This document shows, piece after piece, positions 1-6,826 of a stretch of 6,826 nt of DNA (positions are counted from its first letter, which is position 1; every line of letters starts with the position of its first letter). The notes beneath the pieces were generated by a model. That model did not search any database and was not told the origin of the DNA. It was given only the letters and a program-made list of their open reading frames with translations. Origin of the DNA: Paraspadella gotoi (taxonomy: Eukaryota > Animalia > Chaetognatha); NCBI GenBank assembly GCA_051294375.1, contig JBJCIZ010000087.1:1-6826 (forward strand), written 5' to 3'. The position numbers were made by a program, and so were the translations under genes.

Positions 1-42
1 GCCAAGCCTTACACCACCGGAACCACGCCGCCTTTTAAGAAG

Positions 43-1704
43 ATGGACAACCCCTCCCCTCCAACCGTCCCCCCAGCCAAAGCGGGATGGAAAAAGGGAA
101 CCGTGACGCCAACCACAAGCGCCACGAGTTGCCAAGACGGTAGCAGTAACGCAGCGGATCTCGAGTTCCACACCTTCGAACTCAGTGGATACCTGCAACA
201 ACACTGCCAAACAGGCGGAGAACACGCCGAAATCACGCTCGAAGTACTGAAGGTTATCAACGACGTCAACCTGAAGAACAGACAGGAGATAGCCGTCCTT
301 AGAGGCCGCGTCAAGGACTGCGAGGCCAACCTCGGGTCAAAAATCGACGACCTCCGCGGGATGATGCAACAAATGATGACCCACGTCAGCGGGATGAAAA
401 ACAACCAAGCCAGCGTCGATGAGAGACTCATGAGCCTCTCCCAAGCTCCCCCTCCGCCCTCCAGCTTATATCCTGACCTCCGTGGAGCTGGTCGTCCGGA
501 TCAGTCGCAAGGACACCTCCTAAGACAACCAGCGGACAAAATCAGCCAAATACCACGGGACGAGACGCCCTCGGAAAGCGGGAGAAGTGACCCGCCCTCC
601 TATACCTCTGCCGAGCAGCCGATTAAGCTCGAAAAGAGGAGATCCGATGAGTCGCCAGCAGATTTCTTACGCAGCTTCTACGAAGCCTTCAAGGATTCGC
701 CGACCCCGGACAAGGTGGATCAGCAGCTGCGCGCCTTACTAGCCAGGGACAAAATCGCGAGCCGTTTCATCGAGCCCATCAACCAATCCATGTGGCTGGG
801 ACTCAGAGCCTTCTGCGAAGGCTCCTCGGTAAGCATAGCCGAGGCCCTCGCAGAGGCGAAAATCGAAGTGGATCCGCATGTACACGCCAAGTACGGGCTG
901 GCATTAGTTAATGCTGCCAAAGAAAACTTTGAGGCCGTCAGGGAGAAAGACAAAGCTTCGATCCCTGACTATGTCGCCCAAATGTTGGTTGAAGCGCTCG
1001 AACCTTACGTCCCCGGGATAACCTCCGAGACTTTGGAATGGACAACGCTCTTGGAAAAAGGCGAAACACGCATCCTGGGAAAAGCCATAGAATACAAGCT
1101 AAGGGGNNNNNNNNNNAAGACGACTGACAGCACTATCAGAAAAGTGGTCAAAACCGTGTCAGACGAAGACAAGGAGAAGCTCGTCAACGCCTTAGTTCAA
1201 AAAGGCCAAACGGACAAGGACCCACATGCCAGCGCAACATCATTTTACCAGGGATCCATGTTGCAGGAGATGAACAACATGAGTGAAATGATGAAGGATC
1301 TGAAGAGGGAGCTGGGAAAAACCGGACGCCAGCCAAATCGCCGTGAGGACCGCTACGAGCGCCGGGAGCAACGCAGCCCGAATAGGGACCAAGAGAGGAA
1401 ACCCTACAAAAACCGGGATTGGAAAAAGTCTAATTGGCGCGACGAAAAAAAGGGAAGAAAAAGTCAAAACTTTGGCAAGAGGAGAGATATTGTAGACCTA
1501 ACTCGTGAAATTGAAAATGATTCTGCTTCTGATTTCGATGAAAATAAAGACGATTTCTATTACAACCGTGTGGTGAATAAAAATAGGAAATTAGAAAAAA
1601 GAAAAGGAGAACAACAACAGCTAAGAGATTTCTACAAAAGCCTAGAAAAAAAGTCATGGCAATCGACACACGACCCGTCGAAGGGCACCTTAGAGAGAAG
1701 GTAA
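43..1704 (+). CDS. gag: Gag-like structural polyprotein (553 aa; may be 5'-partial because frame 1 is open back to base 1)
   Basis: Long ORF immediately upstream of and overlapping pol. It has a heptad-like helical N-terminal region (~238-441) and a Pro-rich linker. A capsid-like helical core has DESPADFLRSFYEAF (~646-690) and an MHR-like VREKDKASIPDYVAQM (937-984). An Arg/Lys-rich C-terminal region follows. There is no CCHC knuckle. The call rests mainly on position and architecture. A 10-N gap lies at 1107-1116. Confidence 0.8.
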   Translation: MDNPSPPTVPPAKAGWKKGTVTPTTSATSCQDGSSNAADLEFHTFELSGYLQQHCQTGGEHAEITLEVLKVINDVNLKNRQEIAVLRGRVKDCEANLGSKIDDLRGMMQQMMTHVSGMKNNQASVDERLMSLSQAPPPPSSLYPDLRGAGRPDQSQGHLLRQPADKISQIPRDETPSESGRSDPPSYTSAEQPIKLEKRRSDESPADFLRSFYEAFKDSPTPDKVDQQLRALLARDKIASRFIEPINQSMWLGLRAFCEGSSVSIAEALAEAKIEVDPHVHAKYGLALVNAAKENFEAVREKDKASIPDYVAQMLVEALEPYVPGITSETLEWTTLLEKGETRILGKAIEYKLRXXXXKTTDSTIRKVVKTVSDEDKEKLVNALVQKGQTDKDPHASATSFYQGSMLQEMNNMSEMMKDLKRELGKTGRQPNRREDRYERREQRSPNRDQERKPYKNRDWKKSNWRDEKKGRKSQNFGKRRDIVDLTREIENDSASDFDENKDDFYYNRVVNKNRKLEKRKGEQQQLRDFYKSLEKKSWQSTHDPSKGTLERR

Positions 1705-4700
1705 AGACACTCGCTCAAACGGCAAACATGCTAAGAGGAAAATCAACAGCATCACGGATGCACAAGTTGTTCAAACCTCTCGATGCCAGCGAGATTGCCC
1801 TCGCCAACAAATATCTCCACAAAATGGGGTGGAAGGACTGGAGCTGTACAGACATGGCAGGCCAAAGAGCCATAATATCAAGGTCGAAAACCTGCGCCAA
1901 GCTAATGAGAAGGGCGAAGCGAAAGGATAATGCTCCTCTTCCTCCTCCTCCTCCTCCTCCTCCTCCGGCCAAGGAAACAATCCAACCCGACGCAAACGCC
2001 AATAGCGACGCCAGCAACGCCCTCCCCAACGCTTACCCTCACCCACAACAAGGAAAAAGGAACAGACTCAATCCAACAAAACGTGGAGAAAGGCTGGGGC
2101 TAAGGAAACTGCGACCAACAGGCAGCAGAAACAACCCAACCTACCAGATAGTCGCTGGATGTCAAAGTGGAGAATCTCTCCATCAAGCGACCATTAGGAA
2201 AGTCGAACTCGAGTGCCATTTGCCGGAAGACTTCCCTCCTCCAAAAGGAAAGTTGNNNNNNNNNNAAGACGAAAGAGACATGCCGGGGCTACCAGAAAAG
2301 ATTGATAATCCGATACAGGGGACTGTAGGGCCAGAACCTAGAGACGACACGGATATCAACCGCCTCACTGGCAAAAATAGCTACATCCCAGCGGTGATAG
2401 CAGGAGCACCTGCCAGCTGCTTATACGATACAGGTGCATCAATTAACACTGTACCACGAATGTTCGTAGAAAAATGGGGCCTATCTAAACACACTTATCA
2501 TGGAACGCCACTGCGCTTATCCACCGCCACTGGCACGATCACGTTAACTGAGAGAATTAACCTCAGGGTGATGTTCCAAAAATGGGTCCTCCGCACCATC
2601 TTCTATGTCTCTGCCGACGAAAACGACAAAGACATAATCATTGGAACGGCCATCACCAATCCAGGCCCTCCAGACCAGCTATGGGTAGTACAACCCTCAA
2701 ATCAGAGGAAGGAACTGCAAATTGCCACCATGGACGGCAAACCCATCACGCACCTGTTTGGAGACAAACATGAGGCCCTCAAAGCGGCCAGATGGCTCGC
2801 TCGAGGAAACGTCGATGAGCACACCATCTTACCCATACACTCAGAGAGAGGCGAAGATGGAAAAACTAGGCTAACCTCAAACAAAGCTTACTGGAAAACC
2901 CTAACCGGAACAAGATGGATTGTCGAAGCGGAAGACAAAGAAAAAGCCTACATCGCAGATGGCGACCAGCTCAAAGAGGGAGTAGAATTGGACGCTGAAC
3001 CCGGATATTGGGGAACAGCACGACCCCTAATAACAAACGAAGCCAAGGTCGACCTGCATCTTGAAACAAACATCACGGCCGAACCCGTACAAGCCGACCT
3101 ATCAGGCGAAAAACCCCTATTAAGGAAAGTACGGAAGGATCATATCCCGGCCACTACGATCGTCCATCATAAGCCGAGCGCAGAAGAATTAAAATCGGTG
3201 GAGGAAGCACGCCAAAAGAGAAAGCAAAAACACGACGAACGTGGCAAGGAAGCATTCCTGAAACCATTCAAGGACGTCGACCCAAGCCNNNNNNNNNNNN
3301 NNNNNNNNNTCTGGGAGATTGTCTGGGAGTTTCGAGACGTCTTTGGAGAATCGATAAACGATTGCAAGGAGGGCTTCCTCAACTACAGGGTCGACCTCGG
3401 TTATACAAACGAGGACCTCCCAAAGCCGAGATTCGCCAATCAGGGGCCAGTAAAGAAAGCGGCCCTCAAACGGTACCTGGAAGTTTACGAGAAAGCAGGC
3501 ATTGTATCTAGAACAAGGAATGAAGCCTACTCGAACGCCTTTCTCATAAAAAAACCCGGACACGTTGCTGAGGGACAGGACCAAATGAACGACGAAACTT
3601 TTGCGAAACAGTGGCGATTAATATGCGACCTCTCTTCCGTAAATAATAACATCTCCACATATGCAACAGAACCACAAACGATAGCCTCAATACTCGAACA
3701 ATACAAACCGCACGAACTCCAGTGCTCAGTGGATATCTTGGCCTGCTTCCATCAGGTCAATCTAACGGACCGCTGCAAGCCGGTTACAACCTTCGCCGGA
3801 GCGGGTCATAACTGGTGGATGAATAAGCTGCCAATGGGTGGGGTCAACAGCGTCAACGTCCTCCAAGCTATACTGGATGAGATCTTCCAAGACTTAGGCA
3901 CAGACGTCAAAAGTTTTCTCGTCTACGTGGACGACCTCATCCTAACAGCAAAGTCGCCAGAGGACATGGCCCACAGACTCCGCGATCTCTTGCAAAGATG
4001 CAGAGACGAGAACGTGGTTCTCAAATGGACAAAGAGCGTCCTCCTGCGAAAAGAGGATATCAAGATCCTGGGCTTCAGTATCTCAAAGAGCAAGTTAATG
4101 CCACAAAGAGAGAAACTCGACGCGGTCGAGCTCAAACTGAAATCGCTGAAAACGCAGAAGGAGCTCAGAGCGATGCTGGCATCATTGAATTACTACAGAT
4201 GCTTCACCCACCGATTCTCATACATCGCCCAACCTCTCCACGCCCTCACCCTGCTTGACAAAAAAGAATTCAAGCTAACGGATAAACACACAAAGATGCT
4301 GCAGCTCCTTATAGAGGAAATAAGGTCATCGCCCGGCTTAAACTTCCTTAATGACGCAAGAATCAAGCAAGGCTCATACAAAATTTATGCTGATGCCAGC
4401 ACAAGCGCGATGGGTGGGTTAATCACCGCGACTGCAGATGGCGTCGAATATCCACTGTCTTTTCACTCAAAGTCTTTCCCTGACGAGTACAGGATAAAGC
4501 ATATCAACATCCTGGAGACTCTTGCATTCAACATGATGGTCCGCAAATTCAAGGGTTACACCTGTGGACGGAGCGTCACTCTAGTCACCGACTCACAGTA
4601 TTTTAAGAGGGTGATGGATCTCCAGCACGATAGGCAACAATTACTGCCCACCAACGTGCTCAGGTGGATTACCGAAATACGACAAGAATGTCAACCTAAG

Positions 4701-6824
4701 GAGATCATCCTCGTCAAGAGCGAGGATAATCCGGCAGATTTCTTGACCCGTTTCACGGACCAAGGGCAAGTCACGCCCCTCGACACACCTTTCTTTCCGG
4801 CAGGCTTCGATATCTCGGGAAAATACGAACCTGGCTTTGCCGAAAATCCCGTGTATGACCAACAAACCCCAGAACATTTGGATCTCATCACGGGACACGC
4901 CCCAACTCTGGCGCTATTAGCGCAAACGCTGACAGAAGACACCAAGGCCTTCAGAGCGAAATTCTTTGAGTTTGTGCGACAACGATTTCCACACAGAAAG
5001 GCTAATATCGAGAAATTATATGGAAAACCAAAAACCAAAGATCCTGACACATTCATCAGAACCATATCAGCCAAGGACTGGATCCNNNNNNNNNNNNNNN
5101 NNNAAATGCTCAACGAGATGACTGGGATCACCTTGGTCATGATGGATGAGGACTCAACCAAAGAAACAGGTTGCAAATTCGAAAGAATTTACGGATCTCC
5201 TACAGACAATCGGGTATTAAAAATCTTTAGAACCATCACGGGGCAAGTCAGCCTTATCAGTGATGAACGACAAGAAAGATCACTGCGACCAATCATCCCT
5301 GAAACCATCCAAACCATCAAAGTCGACAAACTAAAGCAGCCAGAACGCAGAGGACGGCCAAAGGCACAAAAAGTTGATACTCGACACGTTGACACCCTCC
5401 CACAGGACTTCATAAACCTGCAGGTGGGCTCAGCCAATGCAGAGGCTGCCACGACATCACCCACGGAACAATCCCAGACAGTAGAGGCACTAGACACAAA
5501 TTGGCCTGGGGCCCATCAGGAGCTGATGGTCGATAGCGCCCTCGAAGCGGACGTCGATGCCACAGAAGAGGAAATTGCAAAAGAAATCAGGAAACCGCAG
5601 GAAAAACAACCGGACCTCATCCCGATCGCTGCTGAGATAAAGAGATGGCAAGATGAGGAAGAATCATTCAGATTAGTCGTCAAAGCTCTCAGAGAAGGCG
5701 ACCGCGAAAAAGCGAGGCAAAAACTGAATGAAAAGATGCAAAAAAGAAAAACTGTTACCGAGAAGTACTTGTCTAACTGCCTCGATGATTTTGACATCAC
5801 CGAAAACGACATTCTAATCATTAAAGGCTTCAAAGCCGACATCCCCACAAGAAAATTCGTCGTACCAACATCAAAGGCAGAAGAAGTTACAAAACGGATT
5901 CATGAACGCTTTGGACACCCGGGCCGAGACCGAACAGCATTCATCACGGCCCAGTATATATCTGCCCCGGGACTCACTGCATCCGCTGCTAAATGCCTTA
6001 GAAATTGCGATAATTGCGCAAAAGCGACAGATGCTCAACGTCACAACGAAACACCATCAAGCCCAAACCTCGCCATCGCCCCATGGGAATCGCTTAGCAT
6101 CGATGTAATGCATCTTCCCCCAGTCGCTGGGCACAATTACGTTCTGGTAGCCTCGGATAATGCATCCGCATACACCTGGGCTATCCCGCTACGCCGAGCA
6201 GATGCTACAACAATCGTAAAAGCTCTCGATGAAAAGATTTTTCTCCAACACGGATCCTTCATGGAAGTAAATTTCGATGGAGCAACCCAATTAAATGGAT
6301 CGGCAATGAAATCAATACTTGACTTGCTAGATACAGTAGGCAGACGCGTCCTCGTGGGCAGAAAGGACAGCAACAGAGCCGAAAGAGACATTGGAAGAAT
6401 CCGTCAGGCACTACGCAAAGCGGCGGACGACCGACCAAACAAATGGCTCGAACAGCTGCCTCATTTAATGCTCCTCCTAAATGCGACGCCCATAGTCGGA
6501 TGGAAGACAGACATGTCGCCGCACGAAATACAATTTGGCCATAGACCAAGGATAATCGAAAGCGCCGACGATTTCACAAAAAGAAATCTCATCGACTTCA
6601 TCAGACAAAGGGCAGACAAACAGGAGAAAGCCCAAGCACAGCTGGCCAACCAAAGGACGAAACTCTACAAACAATCGGCCAGAAGGAACCCATACAGACG
6701 GCCAGAAGAGATTAAGGTCGGCGACCTAGTCCTAACCAGACGCGATCTTATCATGACCGGAACAGCGACCACAGAAAATAAGATCAAGAGAATCTACTCT
6801 GGCCCTCACAAGGTTATAGAGAAA
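1587..6824 (+). CDS. pol: Pol polyprotein (PR-RT-RNase H-IN), 3'-partial; -1 frame relative to gag; first ATG at 1656
   Basis: Manual translation of frame 3: the last upstream stop is TAG 1584-1586, and there is no stop from 1587 to the window end (1746 codons, across three N gaps). It contains the motifs LYDTGAS, YVDD, YADAS, HX4HX29CX2C and D-D-E. Confidence 0.95.
1647..1702 (+). promoter_or_regulatory. Candidate -1 programmed ribosomal frameshift signal (A_AAA_AAG heptamer plus small downstream hairpins)
   Basis: An X_XXY_YYZ heptamer phased on gag codons (GAA AAA AAG) at 1647-1653 lies inside the 118-nt gag/pol overlap (1587-1704). Two possible 5-bp stems follow: TCGAC 1663-1667/GTCGA 1677-1681 and ACCTT 1687-1691/AAGGT 1698-1702. 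Confidence 0.5.
1941..1967 (+). repeat. (CCT)8-CCG trinucleotide microsatellite encoding a 9-proline tract in Pol
   Basis: Read directly: cct x8 followed by ccg, in the pol frame giving APLPPPPPPPPPAKE. Confidence 0.95.
2382..2657 (+). other. Retropepsin-type aspartic protease domain of Pol
   Basis: YIPAVIAGAPASCLYDTGASINTV (catalytic DTG at 2427-2435), flap-like LSTATG, and C-terminal DIIIGTA (IG at 2640-2645). Boundaries are approximate. Confidence 0.92.
3312..4370 (+). other. Reverse transcriptase domain (fingers/palm/thumb) of Pol
   Basis: EFRDVF, AGIV, AFLIKK...WRLICDLSSVN, SVDILACFHQV (Asp 3732-3734), TTF, KLPMGGVNS (LPMG 3828-3839), VYVDDLIL (YVDD 3924-3935), ILGFSIS, and thumb ELRAMLASLNYYRCF...IAQPLHALT. 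Boundaries are approximate. Confidence 0.96.
4380..4751 (+). other. RNase H domain of Pol
   Basis: IYADASTSAMGG (Asp 4392-4394), PLSFHSK, HINILETLA (Glu 4515-4517), LVTDSQY (Asp 4590-4592), LRW, and NPADFLTR (Asp 4737-4739). The D-E-D-D tetrad is complete. Confidence 0.93.
5346..5363 (+). other. AT-hook-like motif (RRGRPK) in Pol upstream of integrase
   Basis: cgc aga gga cgg cca aag = RRGRPK, which matches the AT-hook core R-G-R-P flanked by basic residues. Confidence 0.55.
5637..6824 (+). other. Integrase domain of Pol (HHCC zinc-binding, DDE core, GPY/F-like module), 3'-partial
   Basis: IKRWQDEE...FVVP lead-in; His 5901, His 5916, Cys 6006, Cys 6015 (H-X4-H-X29-C-X2-C); PWESLSIDV (Asp 6102); NFDGATQL (Asp 6276); SNRAER (Glu 6381); WLEQLP..LLLN, SPHEIQFG, IKVGDLVL and KIKRIYSGPHKV (GPH 6801-6809). 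Confidence 0.95.
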
Positions 6825-6826
6825 GA

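Larger units (their letters stand above)
1..6826 (+). mobile_element. Internal (gag-pol) region of a Ty3/Gypsy-like LTR retrotransposon, truncated at both window ends
   Basis: A Gag-like ORF is followed by an overlapping Pol with domain order PR-RT-RH-IN. The integrase lies downstream of RNase H, which excludes Ty1/Copia. The DDE integrase and aspartic protease exclude DIRS. The integrase has HHCC and a GPY/F-like C-terminus. No LTRs are within the window. Confidence 0.93.

Noticed and set aside
1-42. LTR, PBS or PPT at the window ends
   Set aside because: I see no terminal direct repeat, TG..CA boundary or TGG-initiated PBS. Both ends of the window lie in open reading frames.
1543-1581. Two AATAAA hexamers (1543-1548, 1576-1581) as polyadenylation signals
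   Set aside because: They lie inside gag upstream of its stop codon, in A-rich Asn-Lys coding sequence, so they are expected by chance.
1663-1685. H-type pseudoknot via loop CCC (1674-1676) pairing with GGG (1683-1685)
   Set aside because: Only one nucleotide would bridge the 5-bp stem and the second stem is only 3 bp, which is sterically doubtful. I kept it only as a simple hairpin.
1702-1734. Stop-codon readthrough as the gag-pol mechanism
   Set aside because: Pol is in the -1 frame, and the gag frame hits another TAA at 1732-1734.
1715-2046. Minus-strand ORFs with poly-Gly and poly-Glu tracts
   Set aside because: Both tracts are just the reverse complement of the (CCT)n repeat that encodes poly-Pro in Pol.
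2582-6108. Short plus-strand alternative-frame ORFs (2582..2773, 3998..4258, 5902..6108)
   Set aside because: They are nested in conserved PR, RT and IN coding sequence, are under 90 aa, and show no domain signal.
9-6674. The many short minus-strand ORFs in the supplied track (e.g. 9..431, 4691..5176, 5516..5848)
   Set aside because: They are antisense shadows of gag and pol. Their Ser/Leu/Phe-rich composition mirrors the A-rich sense strand, and they have no recognisable motifs.
1-6826. Classification as DIRS, BEL/Pao, Copia, vertebrate retrovirus or a prokaryotic RT system (retron, DGR, group II intron)
   Set aside because: An aspartic protease plus a C-terminal HHCC/DDE/GPY-F integrase, RT followed directly by a DAS-type RNase H, and no BEL-type Gag knuckles fit Ty3/Gypsy best, despite individual atypical motifs.

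Overview
The whole window is the internal coding region of one apparently intact, divergent LTR retrotransposon of the Ty3/Gypsy (Metaviridae) type on the + strand. It has a gag-like ORF (43..1704) and a very long pol ORF in the -1 frame. The pol ORF is open from 1587, has its first ATG at 1656 and runs off the window end without a stop (>1700 codons), which is probably why the ORF track missed it. My manual translation gives the order aspartic protease - RT - RNase H - integrase (HHCC, DDE, GPY/F-like), with all catalytic residues present. No LTR, PBS, PPT or env gene is visible in the window. The most unusual points are: (i) a ~290-aa insert between RNase H and integrase holding a ~130-aa segment with the pattern of a catalytically dead OTU (deubiquitinase-fold) domain, followed by an AT-hook; (ii) two retrovirus-type late (budding) motifs, LYPDL and PPSY, in Gag; (iii) a candidate -1 frameshift site A_AAA_AAG directly before a strong-context ATG; (iv) atypical RNase H, RT and integrase motifs. 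Domain calls come from motif recognition by eye, and the host organism cannot be determined from this window.
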